This document shows, piece by piece, positions 1 through 14,339 of a stretch of DNA of 64,000 nucleotides; positions within the stretch are counted from its first letter, which is position 1, and each line of letters opens with the position of its first letter. The position numbers were made by a program, and so were the translations under genes. Location: assembly GCA_963783305.1 (NCBI GenBank), contig CAWAMW010000014.1:25288-89287 (forward strand), written 5' to 3'. The notes beneath the pieces are model-generated. The model was not told where the DNA came from. It did not search any database and was given only the letters and a program-made list of their open reading frames with translations. This stretch comes from an uncultured Gemmatimonadales bacterium (lineage in GTDB: Bacteria > Gemmatimonadota > Gemmatimonadetes > Longimicrobiales > RSA9).

Positions 1-3000
1 GCGAGCTACGTGGTGACCCATCCGGGGAAGCAGGAGGTGGAGTACCTCCAGCTGCTGGACGAGGATGAGTACTACGATCTGCGGGTGAAGGCCCGCGAGG
101 AGGAGGACTCGATCTTCAAGGCGGACATCGGCGCCGAAGCGGTGCGGACGCTGCTCCAGAAGCTGGACGATCCGACCCGCAAGGTCGACGACATGAACAA
201 GGACGGGAAGGGTCTGGACCGGCTGGCCGACTGGCTCCGCCACGAGGTGGCGACGGAGACCAGCCAGCACCGCAAGAAGAAGAAGCTCAAGCGGCTCAAG
301 GTGGTGGACTCGCTCCGCAACTCCGGTGCGACGCCGGAGCTCAGGAATCGTCCCGAGTGGATGGTCATGGACGTGGTCCCGGTCATCCCGCCGGACCTGC
401 GCCCGCTGGTCCCGCTGGATGGCGGGCGGTTCGCCACGAGCGACCTGAACGACCTGTACCGCCGGGTGATCAACCGGAACAACCGGCTCAAGAAGCTCAT
501 GGACATGCGCGCGCCGGAGGTCATCCTCCGGAACGAGAAGCGGATGCTCCAGGAGGCGGTGGACGCGCTGTTCGACAACGGCCGCCGGAGCAAGGCGATT
601 CGGGGCCGGGGCAAGCGGCCGCTCAAGTCGCTGTCCGACATGCTGAAGGGGAAGCAGGGTCGGTTCCGTCAGAACCTGCTCGGGAAGCGGGTGGACTACA
701 GCGGCCGATCGGTGATCGTGGTCGGTCCCGAGCTGAAGCTGCACCAGTGCGGTCTGCCGAAGGCGATGGCGGTGGAGCTTTTCAAGCCGTTCATCATCCG
801 TGAGCTGGAGAAGCACGGTGAGGCGGAGACGGTGAAGCGCGCCAAGAAGATCGTCGAGCGCGATGATCCCAAGGTGTACGAGGTCCTGGAAGACATCATC
901 CGCGACCACCCCGTGCTGCTGAACCGCGCGCCCACACTGCACCGCCTGGGCATCCAGGCGTTCGAGCCGGTGCTGGTGGAGGGGAAGGCCATCCGGATCC
1001 ACCCGCTCGTGTGCGCGGCGTTCAACGCCGACTTCGACGGGGACCAGATGGCGGTCCACCTCCCGCTGAGCTTCGAGGCCCAGCTGGAGGCGCGGGTGCT
1101 GATGCTCTCGAGCAACAACATCCTGCTGCCGTCGAACGGCCGACCCGTGGCCAGCCCGACCCAGGACATGGTGATCGGGAGCTACTTCCTGACGAAGCCG
1201 CCGATGGCGATCTCCGACGCGGAGGCCGAGGCGGAGCAGCCGAAGCTGACGCGCGAGCGGCGCGACGAGGTGGAGGCGAAGCTCAACAAGCTGTACGAGA
1301 AAGCGCCCCGCTTCGGTCGCTTCAGCGAGGCGGAGGCCGCGCTGGCGCTGGAGAACGTGACGTTCCACAGTCCGTGCTGGTTCTGGGTGGATCGCCGCTC
1401 CATGGACGAGGCCGAGGACGCGCCCCGCAAGGGGAAGTGGGTCCGGAGCACCGTGGGCCGGGTGATCTTCAACTCCGTGGTTCCGGAGGACATGGGCTTC
1501 TGGAACATCACCATGGGCAAGCGCGAGCTCGGTGAGATCATCGCGCAGGCGTACGCCAAGGTGGGCCTCGGCCCGACGGTGGAGTTCCTGGATGGTCTGA
1601 AGGACTTCGGCTTCCGGTACTCCACGCTCGGCGGCATTTCGGTGGGTCTGGTCGACCTCCAGATCCCCGACGAGAAGGAAGCGATCCTGGCCGACGCCGA
1701 CGAGGAGGTCACGCGCTTCCAGCGGGCCTACCAGAACGGCGTGATCTCCAACGGTGAGCGCTACAACAAGGTCATCGACACCTGGACGCACGCCAACAAC
1801 GACGTGGCGGACGCCATGGTGCGGCGGCTGGAGCGGGCCGGCGAGGGCTTCAACCCGGTGTACATGATGATGAACTCCGGCGCCCGCGGTAACCGCGACC
1901 AGATGCGGCAGCTCGCCGGAATGCGCGGCCTCATGGCGAAGCCGCAGAAGAAGCTCACCGGTGGCATTGGCGAGATCATCGAGAGCCCCATCAAGTCGAA
2001 CTTCCGTGAGGGGCTCACGGTGCTGGAGTACTTCATCTCCACGCACGGCGCGCGGAAGGGCCTGGCGGATACGGCGCTGAAGACGGCCGATGCCGGCTAC
2101 CTGACGCGCCGCCTCGTGGACGTGGCGCAGGACGTGACGGTGACGACCGAGGACTGCGGTACGGTCCTCGGGATCGAGATGTCGGCGCTGAAGGAGGGCG
2201 AGGACATCATCGAGCCGCTGAAGGACAGGATCGTCGGGAACGTGGCGCTCGAGGATGTGATCGACCCGATCGATGGAGAAAAGATCGTCTCGGCCGGCGA
2301 GCTGGTGGACGAGGTGGCGGCCGACTCCATCGAGGACGCGGGGATCCAGTCAGTGCGGATCCGGAGCGTGCTCACGTGTGAGGCGAAGCGCGGGATCTGT
2401 CGGTCGTGCTACGGCCGCAACCTGGCCACCATGAAGGAGGTGGACCTGGGCGAGGCGGTGGGGATCCTGGCGGCCCAGAGCATCGGGGAGCCGGGGACCC
2501 AGCTGACGCTGCGGACGTTCCACATTGGCGGTACCGCGTCGCGGATCGCGGCGCAGACGCAGCGGAAGTCGAAGGTGGATGGCGCCATCACGTTCGAGCG
2601 CGTGGCTTCCGTGGAGACCCCGGAGGGTCTGCGGGTGGTGACGAGCCGCGAGGGCGAGATCGTGATGAAGACGAAGGAGGGCGCGGTGCGGAGCCGTCTG
2701 ACGGTGCCGTACGGCGCCACGCTGGCCGTGGCCGATGGCGACGAGGTGGAGGCGGGCGACCTGCTGTTCAGCTGGGACCCGTACTCCGAGCCGATCGTTG
2801 CCGACCAGGCGGGCAAGGTGAAGTTCGTGGACATCGTGGACGAGGTCACGGTCCGCGAGGAGCTCGATGAGTCCACGGGCCGTCGGCAGCTGGTGATCAT
2901 CGAGGACCGCGAGAAGAAGCTGCACCCTGCCATCTCGATCGTCGACTCGAAGGGCGAGAAGCTCCGCGAGTTCATCGTTCCGGTGGGCGCACAGCTTACG

Positions 3001-3903
3001 GTGCACGATGGCGACAAGGTCGAGCCGGGGACCACTCTGGCGAAGATCAGCCGCGAGGTTTACAAGACCCGCGACATCACCGGCGGTCTGCCCCGGGTGG
3101 CCGAGCTGTTCGAGGCTCGGAAGCCCAAGGACCCGGCCGTGATCACGGAGATCGACGGAGGCATCCGCTTCGGTGGGATCAAGCGAGGGAAGCGTGAGGT
3201 CTTTGTCACTCCGGAAACGGGCGAGGAGCGGACCTACGACGTGCCTGTCGGTAAGCATCTCCGGGTGCACGAGGGCGACCGTGTTCGGGCGGGGGATCGC
3301 CTGAGTGAGGGACCGGTCAATCCCCACGACATCCTGAAGATCAAGGGCCCGCGCGCGGTGCAGGAGTACCTGCTCAACGAGGTACAGGAGGTCTACCGGC
3401 TGCAGGGCGTGAAGATCAACGACAAGCACATCGGGGTGATCGTCCGGCAGATGCTGCAGAAGGTGCGCATCACGGATCCGGGCGAGACCCAGATGCTCGA
3501 GGGCGAGCATGTGGACCGCGCCGAGTTCCGCGAGGCCAACCAGCAGGTCATCGCCAAGGGCGCCATGCCCGCGCGGAGCGAGCCGCTCCTGCTCGGGATC
3601 ACGAAGGCCAGCCTCACCACCGAGTCGTTCATCAGCGCCGCCTCCTTCCAGGAGACCACGCGCGTTCTGACCAATGCGGCCGTGCGAGGGGCCCGTGACG
3701 ACCTCATCGGGCTGAAGGAGAACATCATTATCGGCCACCTGATTCCCGCGGGGACCGGCATCTATCGCTACCACGACGTGGAGTTCCTGGTGGACGAGCC
3801 CATCGGCGCCGAGGGCATGGACTTCGGCGACGAAGAGGAGCCGGATCCGTTCGCCGCCCTGGCGCGCAGCGCCGAGGCGGAGGGCGCGGGGGCCCTGGAC
3901 TAG
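1..3903 (+). CDS. rpoC: RNA polymerase beta' subunit (5'-truncated by window edge)
   Basis: NADFDGD catalytic motif, [26 protein letters not shown]; frame open from base 1. Confidence 0.99.
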   Translation, partial: ASYVVTHPGKQEVEYLQLLDEDEYYDLRVKAREEEDSIFKADIGAEAVRTLLQKLDDPTRKVDDMNKDGKGLDRLADWLRHEVATETSQHRKKKKLKRLKVVDSLRNSGATPELRNRPEWMVMDVVPVIPPDLRPLVPLDGGRFATSDLNDLYRRVINRNNRLKKLMDMRAPEVILRNEKRMLQEAVDALFDNGRRSKAIRGRGKRPLKSLSDMLKGKQGRFRQNLLGKRVDYSGRSVIVVGPELKLHQCGLPKAMAVELFKPFIIRELEKHGEAETVKRAKKIVERDDPKVYEVLEDIIRDHPVLLNRAPTLHRLGIQAFEPVLVEGKAIRIHPLVCAAFNADFDGDQMAVHLPLSFEAQLEARVLMLSSNNILLPSNGRPVASPTQDMVIGSYFLTKPPMAISDAEAEAEQPKLTRERRDEVEAKLNKLYEKAPRFGRFSEAEAALALENVTFHSPCWFWVDRRSMDEAEDAPRKGKWVRSTVGRVIFNSVVPEDMGFWNITMGKRELGEIIAQAYAKVGLGPTVEFLDGLKDFGFRYSTLGGISVGLVDLQIPDEKEAILADADEEVTRFQRAYQNGVISNGERYNKVIDTWTHANNDVADAMVRRLERAGEGFNPVYMMMNSGARGNRDQMRQLAGMRGLMAKPQKKLTGGIGEIIESPIKSNFREGLTVLEYFISTHGARKGLADTALKTADAGYLTRRLVDVAQDVTVTTEDCGTVLGIEMSALKEGEDIIEPLKDRIVGNVALEDVIDPIDGEKIVSAGELVDEVAADSIEDAGIQSVRIRSVLTCEAKRGICRSCYGRNLATMKEVDLGEAVGILAAQSIGEPGTQLTLRTFHIGGTASRIAAQTQRKSKVDGAITFERVASVETPEGLRVVTSREGEIVMKTKEGAVRSRLTVPYGATLAVADGDEVEAGDLLFSWDPYSEPIVADQAGKVKFVDIVDEVTVREELDESTGRRQLVIIEDREKKLHPAISIVDSKGEKLREFIVPVGAQLTVHDGDKVEPGTTLAKISREVYKTRDITGGLPRVAELFEARKPKDPAVITEIDGGIRFGGIKRGKREVFVTPETGEERTYDVPVGKHLRVHEGDRVRAGDRLSEGPVNPHDILKIKGPRAVQEYLLNEVQEVYRLQGVKINDKHIGVIVRQMLQKVRITDPGETQMLEGEHVDRAEFREANQQVIAKGAMPARSEPLLLGITKASLTTESFISAASFQETTRVLTNAAVRGARDDLIGLKENIIIGHLIPAGTGIYRYHDVEFLVDEPIGAEGMDFGDEEEPDPFAALARSAEAEGAGALD

Positions 3904-4023
3904 CAGGGCGCGCCGGGCTCTCCAGGGAGCTCCGGCGCCGCCGCACGGCGGCGGCGGTCGGACCCGCGGGCGCGGGGCCCCTGCCGGGCCGGGGAGAGCG
4001 GAGATTTCGGGTGCGCCGGTTCC

Positions 4024-4052
4024 TTGACACATCGGGAACCGGCGTTTACCTT
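4024..4052 (+). promoter_or_regulatory. sigma70-type promoter of str operon
   Basis: TTGACA (4024-4029), 17 bp, TACCTT (4047-4052). Confidence 0.8.
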
Positions 4053-4084
4053 TTCTAGTCTGTCCGGCCGCCGGTAGGCCGGCG

Positions 4085-4117
4085 ATCGGCGGGGACGAAC
4101 TGTCCCCGCGATTTTTT
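4085..4117 (+). terminator. terminator-like hairpin in rpsL leader
   Basis: GCGGGGAC-gaact-GTCCCCGC stem followed by GATTTTTT. Confidence 0.55.
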
Positions 4118-4148
4118 CGAAGTCGAGTCGCAGGAAGAACGGAAGCGA

Positions 4149-4992
<844 letters not shown>

Positions 4993-5163
4993 GGACCAGG
5001 AAGGAAGAACTGAGACGGGCTCTTAGGTCTCAGCTCTGAAAAACTCGAGAGGGTCGCAACCCCGCCACGTGCAGCGGGGCGATGCGACTGCCGCGGACGG
5101 TGCGCTGGTTTGCTCCGTCCGCGGAGTACTGGGATCAAAAATCGGATTGTTGAGCAAGTAAGA

Positions 5164-7260
5164 ATGCCTAGACAGACACCGCTACCGAAGCTGCGCAACA
5201 TCGGCATCATGGCGCATATCGATGCCGGGAAGACGACGACGACGGAGCGCATCCTGTTCTACACGGGTCGGACGCACCGGATCGGCGAGGTGCACGATGG
5301 CGCGGCGACCATGGACTGGATGGAGCAGGAGCAGGAGCGGGGTATCACCATCACGTCCGCTGCCACGACGGCGCACTGGAAGCGCTTCGACGAGGAGCAC
5401 CGGATCAACATCATCGACACGCCCGGGCACGTCGACTTCACCGTCGAGGTGGAGCGGAGCCTGCGCGTACTGGATGGCGCGGTGGCGGTGTTCTGCGCGG
5501 TGGGTGGTGTGGAGCCGCAGTCGGAGACGGTGTGGCGTCAGGCCGACCGCTATGAGGTTCCGCGTATCGCGTTCGTCAACAAGATGGACCGCGTGGGCTC
5601 GGACTTCATGAACGTGGTCGAGATGATCAAGGACCGTCTCGGTGCGCGGGCGTACCCGGTCCACCTCCCCCTGGGCGAGGGCGAGATGTTCACGGGCCTG
5701 ATCGACATCGTCGAGCGCAAGGAGCTCGTCTATGACGCGGAGACGCTGGGCGCGAAGTGGGAAGAGGGCCCGGTGCCGGACAGTCTCTCCGACAAGGTCG
5801 AGACGCTCCGGCGCGAGCTGATCGAGGCGGCGGTGGAGTTCGATGACGAGCTGATGGAGAAGTACCTGGAGGGTGCCGAGCTCAGCACCGACGAGGTGCG
5901 TCGTGCGATCCGGAAGGCGACGATCGCCAACGGGATCACCCCGGTGCTGTGCGGGTCGGCATTCAAGAACAAGGGTGTCCAGCAGCTGCTGGACGCCATC
6001 GTGGACTACCTGCCGTCGCCGCTGGAGGTGAAGGCGATCGAGGGGCACCTTCCGCATCACGACGAGACGTTCGAGACGCGGGAGCCGAAGGATGACGCGC
6101 CCTTCGCGGCGCTGGCCTTCAAGATCGCTACGGACCCCTACGTGGGTCGGCTGACGTTCTTCCGGGTCTACAGCGGCTCGCTGCCCGCGGGTACGCACAT
6201 CTACAACTCGACCCAGGACTCCAAGGAGCGTGTGGGACGCCTGCTGCAGATGCACGCGAACCACCGGGAAGAGCGCGACGAGGTGTACGCCGGCGACATC
6301 GCCGCGGCCATCGGGTTCAAGAACGTGAAGACGGGGGACACGCTGTGTGACGGCGACCACCCGATCATCCTGGAAGCCATGAACTTCCCGGAGCCCGTCA
6401 TTGCCGTGGCCATCGAGCCGAAGACGAAGGTGGACCAGGACAAGCTGACGCAGGGTCTGCAGAAGCTGGCGGAGGAGGACCCGACGTTCCGCGTCCATAC
6501 GGATGATGAGTCGGGGCAGACGATCATTTCCGGAATGGGCGAGCTCCACCTGGAGATCATCGTGGACCGGCTGCGTCGCGAGTTCAAGGTGGACGCGAAC
6601 ATCGGTCGTCCTCAGGTGGCCTACCGCGAGGCGCTGAAGAAGTCGGCGCAGAAGGTGGAGGGCAAGTTCGTCCGGCAGACGGGTGGACGGGGCCAGTACG
6701 GCCACGTGGTGATCAACATCATGCCCTCGGAGCCCGGCGCGGGATTCGTGTTCGACGACAAGATCGTCGGCGGCTCGATCCCCCGGGAGTACATCGGGAG
6801 TGTGGAGCAGGGGCTGAAGGAGGCCATGACGGGCGGCGTCCTGGCGGGATACCCGTTGATCGACGTGAAGGTCGAGCTGATCGACGGGTCGTACCACGAC
6901 GTGGACTCGAACGAGATGGCGTTCAAGATCGCCGGGTCCATGGCCATGAAGGAGGGTGCGCGGCGGGCGGGCGTGACGCTGATGGAGCCCATCATGGACG
7001 TGGAGGTGGTGACGCCGGGCGAGTACATGGGCGACGTCATGGGCGACCTGTCCAGCCGTCGTGGCAAGATTGGCGGGATGACGCAGCGTGCCGAGGCGCA
7101 GGTCATCGGCGCGAGTGTTCCGCTCTCCGAGATGTTCGGGTATTCGACGTCGCTGCGGTCGATGACGCAGGGTCGGGCCGTGTACTCGATGCAGTTCGCG
7201 AAGTACGAGGAAGTGCCGAAATCGAAGGCCGAAGAGATCATCTCCGAGATCAACGGGTAG
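5164..7260 (+). CDS. fusA: elongation factor G
   Basis: [25 protein letters not shown] 5164 (MPRQTPL) preferred over the upstream TTG. Confidence 0.98.
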   Translation: MPRQTPLPKLRNIGIMAHIDAGKTTTTERILFYTGRTHRIGEVHDGAATMDWMEQEQERGITITSAATTAHWKRFDEEHRINIIDTPGHVDFTVEVERSLRVLDGAVAVFCAVGGVEPQSETVWRQADRYEVPRIAFVNKMDRVGSDFMNVVEMIKDRLGARAYPVHLPLGEGEMFTGLIDIVERKELVYDAETLGAKWEEGPVPDSLSDKVETLRRELIEAAVEFDDELMEKYLEGAELSTDEVRRAIRKATIANGITPVLCGSAFKNKGVQQLLDAIVDYLPSPLEVKAIEGHLPHHDETFETREPKDDAPFAALAFKIATDPYVGRLTFFRVYSGSLPAGTHIYNSTQDSKERVGRLLQMHANHREERDEVYAGDIAAAIGFKNVKTGDTLCDGDHPIILEAMNFPEPVIAVAIEPKTKVDQDKLTQGLQKLAEEDPTFRVHTDDESGQTIISGMGELHLEIIVDRLRREFKVDANIGRPQVAYREALKKSAQKVEGKFVRQTGGRGQYGHVVINIMPSEPGAGFVFDDKIVGGSIPREYIGSVEQGLKEAMTGGVLAGYPLIDVKVELIDGSYHDVDSNEMAFKIAGSMAMKEGARRAGVTLMEPIMDVEVVTPGEYMGDVMGDLSSRRGKIGGMTQRAEAQVIGASVPLSEMFGYSTSLRSMTQGRAVYSMQFAKYEEVPKSKAEEIISEING

Positions 7261-7272
7261 GGAGACGAGAGA

Positions 7273-8454
<1,182 letters not shown>

Positions 8455-8460
<6 letters not shown>

Positions 8461-8560
8461 GAGGCGGGAGTAGGAGGCAGGAGTAGGAGGCGGGAGTAGG
8501 AGGCGGGAGTAGGAGGCAGGAGTAGGACCGGTACTCTTACTCTTACTCTTACTCCTACTC
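8455..8560 (+). repeat. 13-bp tandem repeat GAGTAGGAGGCRG (5 full + 1 partial) followed by complementary TACTCY hexamer repeats
   Basis: units start at 8455, 8468, 8481, 8494, 8507, 8520; TACTCT x3, TACTCC, TACTC at 8532-8560. Confidence 0.95.
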
Positions 8561-8637
8561 TGGCAGACAAACCGGCGGAAACCGGGTAGCCGGCGAAGGT
8601 CGAGTCGGCAACAAGATTACGCGATGAAGGTGAGAAG

Positions 8638-8946
8638 ATGTCGGATACGATCCGGATCAGACTGAAGGCGTTCGATCACGCGGTGATCGACCAGACGGCG
8701 GCGGACATCGTCCGCACCGCGGAGAAGACGGGTGCACAGGTGAGCGGTCCGATTCCGCTGCCCACCCGGATCCAGCGGTGGACGGTGCTGCGCTCGCCGC
8801 ATATCGACAAGAAGAGTCGTGAACAGTTCGAGCAGCGGACGCACAAGCGTGTGATCGACATCCTCGACTCGCGACCCCAGACGATCGACGCCCTGACGAA
8901 GCTGGATCTTCCGGCGGGCGTGGACGTCGAGATCAAGGTGGACTGA
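8638..8946 (+). CDS. rpsJ: 30S ribosomal protein S10
   Basis: [23 protein letters not shown]. Confidence 0.99.
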   Translation: MSDTIRIRLKAFDHAVIDQTAADIVRTAEKTGAQVSGPIPLPTRIQRWTVLRSPHIDKKSREQFEQRTHKRVIDILDSRPQTIDALTKLDLPAGVDVEIKVD

Positions 8947-8950
8947 CGTC

Positions 8951-9571
8951 ATGGTTGGATTGATTGGCAGAAAGCTAGGGATGACGCAGCTCTTCAGCGA
9001 TGAAGGTGCGGCGGTCCCGGTAACGGTGATCCAGGCGGGCCCGTGCCCGGTGGTGCAGGTGAAGACCACGGAGACGGACGGCTACAACGCCGTGCAGCTG
9101 GGCTTCGGATCGCGCAAGGAAAAGCACTCGACGACGGCCGTCCGCGCCCACGCCGCCAAGGCGGGACTCGACGCGGCGCCGGTGTTCCTCCGGGAGTTCC
9201 GCGTGGAGAACGCGGCGGAGTACGAGGCGGGCCAGGAAGTCACCGTCGAGCAGTTCGAGGTGGGCCAGAAGGTCAAGGTGACGGGCACCACGAAGGGCCG
9301 TGGCTTCCAGGGCGTGGTGAAGCGCCACGGGTTCCGCGGCCGGCCGGGTGGGCACGGGCATCCGATGTCGCGGAACCCCGGCTCGATCGGGCCCGGCACG
9401 GACCCGTCGCGAGTGATCAAGGGCAAGAAGATGCCAGGACAGATGGGCGACGCGCGGAAAACGATCCGCAACCTGCGGGTGGAGCGCGTCGACGCGGAGC
9501 GGAACCTGATCTTCCTGCGCGGGTCGGTACCGGGGGCGAAGAACGCCACGGTCCTGATCCGGACGCAGTGA
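8951..9571 (+). CDS. rplC: 50S ribosomal protein L3
   Basis: GRKLGMTQ, KGRGFQGVVKRHGF. Confidence 0.99.
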   Translation: MVGLIGRKLGMTQLFSDEGAAVPVTVIQAGPCPVVQVKTTETDGYNAVQLGFGSRKEKHSTTAVRAHAAKAGLDAAPVFLREFRVENAAEYEAGQEVTVEQFEVGQKVKVTGTTKGRGFQGVVKRHGFRGRPGGHGHPMSRNPGSIGPGTDPSRVIKGKKMPGQMGDARKTIRNLRVERVDAERNLIFLRGSVPGAKNATVLIRTQ

Positions 9572-9591
9572 AGCGGGACGGGAGCATTACC

Positions 9592-10218
9592 ATGAAGGCA
9601 CCGATCATCACGATCGAGGGCGAGAGGACCGGCGAGCAGGAGCTGCCGGAATCCCTATTCGACGGCGTGGTTCACGAGCCGGCGATGTGGCAGACCGTGA
9701 AGGCGTACCTGGCCAATCAGCGGCAGGGGACGGCCTCCACGAAGAACCGTGCGCGGGTACGGGGCGGCAACAGCAAGCCCTGGCGTCAGAAGGGGACCGG
9801 CCGAGCCCGACAGGGCACGATCCGCGCGCCGCAGTGGCGCGGCGGCGGCCGGGTGTTCGGCCCCACGGCGGAGCGCAACTACAAGCAGGATGTGCCGAAG
9901 AAGCTGCGGTGGCTGGCGCGGCGATCGGCCTACAACGCCCGGGCGCTGGATGGGCGACTGCTGGTGGTGGAGTCGATCGAGCTGGACGCTCCGAAGACGA
10001 AGCGCATCGTCGGCATGCTGACGGGGGCGGAAGTACTGGGGAACGTCCTGATTCTGACCGACGGCACGAAGCCGACGGTCTGGAAGTCGGTGCGGAACCT
10101 CCAGGGCGTGCAGGTCCAGGCGTTCGGGAGCGAGTCCACCTATGACGTTCTCTGGTCAGACACGGTGATCGTGGAATCGGCGGCGCTCGAGCGCGCCGGG
10201 GAGGTGGCTCATGCGTGA
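9592..10218 (+). CDS. rplD: 50S ribosomal protein L4
   Basis: KPWRQKGTGRARQG; start at ATG 9592 inside the longer ORF. Confidence 0.97.
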   Translation: MKAPIITIEGERTGEQELPESLFDGVVHEPAMWQTVKAYLANQRQGTASTKNRARVRGGNSKPWRQKGTGRARQGTIRAPQWRGGGRVFGPTAERNYKQDVPKKLRWLARRSAYNARALDGRLLVVESIELDAPKTKRIVGMLTGAEVLGNVLILTDGTKPTVWKSVRNLQGVQVQAFGSESTYDVLWSDTVIVESAALERAGEVAHA

Positions 10219-10501
10219 TGCACGGGACGTGATCATCCGGCCGGTCGTGACCGAGCGGTCCACGATCATGGCGGACGAGCAGGACGCGTTCACCTTCATC
10301 GTGGCCGAGGACGCCAACAAGATCGATATCAAGCGGGCCGTCGAGCAGCTCTTCGACGTGAAGGTTCGGTCCGTGAACACCATGCGGTACCGGGGTAAAT
10401 GGCGGCGGGTCGGCCGGAACTACGGCCGCCGGCCGAGCTTCAAGAAAGCGATCGTGAAGCTTGCCGATGGCGAGCGCATCGACGTGTACGAGGGGATCTG
10501 A
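10211..10501 (+). CDS. rplW: 50S ribosomal protein L23
   Basis: [29 protein letters not shown]. Confidence 0.98.
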   Translation: MRDARDVIIRPVVTERSTIMADEQDAFTFIVAEDANKIDIKRAVEQLFDVKVRSVNTMRYRGKWRRVGRNYGRRPSFKKAIVKLADGERIDVYEGI

Positions 10502-11340
10502 TGCCGATCAAGAAGTTCAAGGCGATGACACCGGGGACGCGGTTCCGGTCGGTCAGCACGACCGAGGAGATCACGCGTCAGGGCCCGGAGAAATCGCTGA
10601 CGGAGCCGATTCGCAAGAAGGGCGGCCGCAACCACCACGGGCACATCACGATGCGCCGGCGGGGCGGAGGCCACAAGCGGCGCTATCGGAAGGTCGATTT
10701 CAAGCGCGAGAAGCACGGCGTGCCAGGGCGGGTCGCGGAGATCGAGTACGATCCGAACCGCACGGCGCATATCGCGCTGATCCAGTACGCGGATGGCGAG
10801 AAGCGCTACATTCTGGCGCCGCGCGGGCTGAGCCAGGGCGACGAGATCGTGTCCGGCCCGGGGAGCGACCCGCGGGTGGGCAACTCGCTGCCGCTGGGCG
10901 AGATTCCGCTGGGCAGCGCGGTGCACGCGGTAGAGCTGAAGCCGGGCCGGGGCGCGCAGGCGGTACGCTCGGCGGGGGTGGGTGCGCAGGTCATGGCGAA
11001 GGAAGGCGATTACGTCACGCTGCGGATGCCGTCCACGGAAGTGCGGATGGTCCGTCGCGAGTGCGTGGCGACCATGGGCACGGTGGGCAACCAGGACCAC
11101 GAGCTCCAGGTGGCGGGCAAGGCCGGGGCGACCCGGTGGAAGGGCCGACGTCCGAAGGTTCGTGGTGTGGCCATGAACCCGGTGGACCACCCTCTGGGTG
11201 GTGGCGAAGGCCGCTCGAGCGGTGGGCGTCCTCCGACGTCGCCGTGGGGGAAGCCGGAAGGCAAGAAGACGCGGAACCGGAAGAAGAAGTCCAACAAGTA
11301 CATCGTGCGAGGCCGCAAGCGCGGCAAGTCGACGAAATAA
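10501..11340 (+). CDS. rplB: 50S ribosomal protein L2
   Basis: [29 protein letters not shown] 10501. Confidence 0.98.
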   Translation: MPIKKFKAMTPGTRFRSVSTTEEITRQGPEKSLTEPIRKKGGRNHHGHITMRRRGGGHKRRYRKVDFKREKHGVPGRVAEIEYDPNRTAHIALIQYADGEKRYILAPRGLSQGDEIVSGPGSDPRVGNSLPLGEIPLGSAVHAVELKPGRGAQAVRSAGVGAQVMAKEGDYVTLRMPSTEVRMVRRECVATMGTVGNQDHELQVAGKAGATRWKGRRPKVRGVAMNPVDHPLGGGEGRSSGGRPPTSPWGKPEGKKTRNRKKKSNKYIVRGRKRGKSTK

Positions 11341-11346
11341 GGACCT

Positions 11347-11631
11347 ATGTCACGTTCCATCAAGAAGGGCCCGTACATCGACGACAAGCTCCTCCTCAAA
11401 GTGGAGGTGATGAATGCGTCGAATAAGAAGCGAGTGATCAAGACCTGGGCGCGCGCGTCCACGATCTCTCCGGATTTCGTGGGTCATACGCTGGCCGTCC
11501 ACAACGGGAACAAGTTCATCCCGGTCTATATCACCGAGAACATGGTGGGCCACAAGCTGGGCGAGTTCGCCCCGACGCGGCTGTTCCGTGGACACGGCGG
11601 CAAGCTGGCCGACAAGCGGTCGAGGTTCTAA
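11347..11631 (+). CDS. rpsS: 30S ribosomal protein S19
   Basis: [21 protein letters not shown]. Confidence 0.99.
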   Translation: MSRSIKKGPYIDDKLLLKVEVMNASNKKRVIKTWARASTISPDFVGHTLAVHNGNKFIPVYITENMVGHKLGEFAPTRLFRGHGGKLADKRSRF

Positions 11632-11981
11632 TGGAAGCGATAGCGAAGTCCAGGCACATCCGGCAGAGCCCGCAGAAGATGCGGCTGGTGGTGGATGCGA
11701 TCCGCGGCCGGAGCGTGAATGACGCGTACGCCGTGCTGCAGTACTCGAAGAAGCGCGCGGCGGAGGCGGTGGACAAGACGCTTCGGAGCGCCGTCGCGAA
11801 TGCGCGGGACAAGGCCGAGCAGGCGGGCGATTTCGTGGACGTGGACACGCTCTACGTCAAGGAAGCGTTCGTCGATGAGGGGCCGTACTACAAGCGGTGG
11901 CGGGCTGCGGCGATGGGCCGGCCGGCGCCGATCCGGAAGCCGACCGCGCATGTGACCGTCGTCGTGGACACGAAGGAGTAA
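11631..11981 (+). CDS. rplV: 50S ribosomal protein L22
   Basis: [20 protein letters not shown]. Confidence 0.98.
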   Translation: MEAIAKSRHIRQSPQKMRLVVDAIRGRSVNDAYAVLQYSKKRAAEAVDKTLRSAVANARDKAEQAGDFVDVDTLYVKEAFVDEGPYYKRWRAAAMGRPAPIRKPTAHVTVVVDTKE

Positions 11982-11983
11982 GA

Positions 11984-12340
11984 ATGGGTCAGAAGACGCA
12001 CCCCCGTGGATTCCGTCTCGGAGTCATCAAGCCGTGGAAGAGCCGCTGGTACGCGGAGCGGAACTTCAGCGAGCTGCTGAAGGAGGATGAGACGATCCGG
12101 AAGTACCTCCATCGGCGACTGGCGCACGCGGCGGTGAGCGAGGTGGAGATCGAGCGGAAGCCGCAGAAGATCGTGGTGACAGTGAACACGGCGCGTCCCG
12201 GCGTGGTGATCGGGAAGCAGGGCAGCGAGGTGGACAAGCTGCGCGACGAGCTGGCGCACCTCACGAAGAGCGAGGTCTCCATCAACGTGGAGGAGGTCAA
12301 GCGGCCGGAGGTGAACGCACAGCTGGTAGCCGACAACGTG
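11984..12340 (+). other. KH-domain half of S3 (part of rpsC below)
   Basis: [14 protein letters not shown] motif. Confidence 0.6.
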
Positions 12341-12640
12341 GCGCACCAGCTGACGCAGCGGATCAGCTTCCGCCGGGCCATGAAGCGGGCCGTGCAGTCG
12401 GCCATGCGGAGCGGCGCCGACGGGATCAAGATCCAGTGCGGCGGCCGTCTGGGCGGGGCGGAGATCGCCCGGTCCGAGGGATATCACGAGGGTCGCGTCC
12501 CGCTGCACACGCTGCGGGCGGACATCGATTACGCGCGATCGACCGCGAAGACGACATACGGCACCGTTGGAGTGAAGGTCTGGATCTTCAAGGGTGAAGT
12601 GATCGAGGATCGTCGCGGCCGTACCTATTCGACGGGCTGA
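11984..12640 (+). CDS. rpsC: 30S ribosomal protein S3
   Basis: [30 protein letters not shown] 11984. Confidence 0.98.
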   Translation: MGQKTHPRGFRLGVIKPWKSRWYAERNFSELLKEDETIRKYLHRRLAHAAVSEVEIERKPQKIVVTVNTARPGVVIGKQGSEVDKLRDELAHLTKSEVSINVEEVKRPEVNAQLVADNVAHQLTQRISFRRAMKRAVQSAMRSGADGIKIQCGGRLGGAEIARSEGYHEGRVPLHTLRADIDYARSTAKTTYGTVGVKVWIFKGEVIEDRRGRTYSTG

Positions 12641-12655
12641 GGAAGGCGAAGGACG

Positions 12656-13081
12656 ATGCTGGCGCCGAAGCGAGTAAAATTCAGGAAGCAGATGAAGGGC
12701 CGTACCAAGGGTATGGCTCAGCGAGGCAACAAGGTCAGCTTCGGGGACTATGGTCTCCAGGCGACCGAGCCGGGCTGGATCACGAACCGTCAGATCGAGG
12801 CGGCCCGTGTGGCGATGACGCGCCACATCAAGCGGGGCGGCAAGGTCTGGATCCGGATCTTCCCCGACAAGCCGGTCACGAAGAAGCCGGCGGAGACGCG
12901 GATGGGGAAGGGGAAGGGCAACCCGGAGTACTGGGTGGCGGTGGTGAAGCCGGGTCGCATGATGTTCGAGCTCGAGGGTGTGCCGGAGGACGTGGCGCGC
13001 CGGGCGTTCGATCTCGCGGCGGCCAAGCTCCCGCTCAAGACCCAGTTCGTACTCCGTTCGAAGCATGGAGGTGCGGAGTGA
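12656..13081 (+). CDS. rplP: 50S ribosomal protein L16
   Basis: [16 protein letters not shown]. Confidence 0.99.
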   Translation: MLAPKRVKFRKQMKGRTKGMAQRGNKVSFGDYGLQATEPGWITNRQIEAARVAMTRHIKRGGKVWIRIFPDKPVTKKPAETRMGKGKGNPEYWVAVVKPGRMMFELEGVPEDVARRAFDLAAAKLPLKTQFVLRSKHGGAE

Positions 13082-13281
13082 AGACCGAGGACATTCGGGA
13101 GCTGGGCGAGGCCGACATCGAGCAGAAGATCGAGGAGGCCCAGGAAGAGCTGTTCCGGCTGCGGTTCCGGAGCGCGACACAGATGCTGGAGAACCCGATG
13201 CTGGTGCGAACGCTCCGCCGGGACATAGCACGCATGAAGACGATCCTGCGGGAGCGCGAGCTCGAGCGGGTGGAGGGTTAG
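13078..13281 (+). CDS. rpmC: 50S ribosomal protein L29
   Basis: [20 protein letters not shown]; position. Confidence 0.97.
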   Translation: MKTEDIRELGEADIEQKIEEAQEELFRLRFRSATQMLENPMLVRTLRRDIARMKTILRERELERVEG

Positions 13282-13282
13282 A

Positions 13283-13564
13283 ATGGCGGATACGGCAGAG
13301 ACGGCGGAAATGACGCGCAACGAGCGCAAGACGCGCATCGGCACGGTGGTCAGCACGAAGATGGAGAAGACCATCGTCGTGGCCGTGGAGCGGCGGACAG
13401 CGCACCCGATCTACGGGAAGCAGATGCTGCGAACGAAGAAGTTCCACGCCCATGACGAAGAGGGCCAGGCACGCGAGGGCGATACGGTGCGGATCATGGA
13501 GACCCGCCCGCTGTCGAAGAGCAAGCGCTGGCGCCTGATCGAAGTTCTCATGCGGGCGGAGTGA
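13283..13564 (+). CDS. rpsQ: 30S ribosomal protein S17
   Basis: [22 protein letters not shown]. Confidence 0.98.
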   Translation: MADTAETAEMTRNERKTRIGTVVSTKMEKTIVVAVERRTAHPIYGKQMLRTKKFHAHDEEGQAREGDTVRIMETRPLSKSKRWRLIEVLMRAE

Positions 13565-13571
13565 GGCGACA

Positions 13572-13940
13572 ATGATCCAGCAGGAGAGCATGGTCCGGAT
13601 CGCCGACAACAGCGGCGCCAAGCAGGCGAAGTGCATTCGCGTGCTCGGTGGGTCGCGGCGTCGGTATGCGCGGGTGGGCGACGTGATCGTGGTTGCGGTC
13701 AAGGACGCGCTCCCGGATGGGACAGTGAAGAAGGGTGAGGTCGCGAAGGCGGTGGTGGTTCGCACGGCGAAGGAAGTCCGCCGCAAGGATGGCAGCTACA
13801 TCCGCTTCGATGACAACGCCGCAGTGATCATTAACGACACGGGTGAGCCGCGTGCGACGCGTATCTTCGGGCCGGTCGGCCGGGAGCTGCGCGAGAAGCA
13901 GTTCATGAAGATCGTGTCGCTGGCGCCGGAGGTGATTTGA
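13572..13940 (+). CDS. rplN: 50S ribosomal protein L14
   Basis: ADNSGAK, FDDNAAV, SLAPEV. Confidence 0.99.
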   Translation: MIQQESMVRIADNSGAKQAKCIRVLGGSRRRYARVGDVIVVAVKDALPDGTVKKGEVAKAVVVRTAKEVRRKDGSYIRFDDNAAVIINDTGEPRATRIFGPVGRELREKQFMKIVSLAPEVI

Positions 13941-14326
13941 TGGCGCAATACAGGCCGGGGGCGCGCAACGCCTCCAAGGGGAAGCAGAAGCGGTCGAGCA
14001 AGCTGCACGTGCGCCGGGGCGACCGGGTGCGTGTGATCCGGGGGAACTACTCGGGGCTGGAGGGTACCGTGCTCCGCGTGCTGACGTCGGAGAACCGTGT
14101 GGTGGTGGAGGGCGTGAACATGCGCAAGCACCACACGCGGCCGAGCGAGGCCAATCCGGAGGGCGGGATCCTGGAGTTCGAGGAGCCGATCCACGCGTCG
14201 AACGTGATGCTGGTCGATCCCAGCACCGACGAACCCTCGCGCTATCGGACTCGGATCGAGGACGATGGCACGAAGGAGCGGATCTCGACGAAGAGCGGGA
14301 ACCCGATCCCGAAGTCGCAGGACTGA
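13940..14326 (+). CDS. rplX: 50S ribosomal protein L24 (basic N-terminal extension)
   Basis: [22 protein letters not shown]. Confidence 0.97.
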   Translation: MAQYRPGARNASKGKQKRSSKLHVRRGDRVRVIRGNYSGLEGTVLRVLTSENRVVVEGVNMRKHHTRPSEANPEGGILEFEEPIHASNVMLVDPSTDEPSRYRTRIEDDGTKERISTKSGNPIPKSQD

Positions 14327-14339
14327 CGAGCGGAAGACG

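Noticed and set aside
3904..4020. rpoC terminator or tRNA in the GC-rich hairpins
   Set aside because: Hairpins lack a U-tract; no cloverleaf, TTCRA loop or CCA end.
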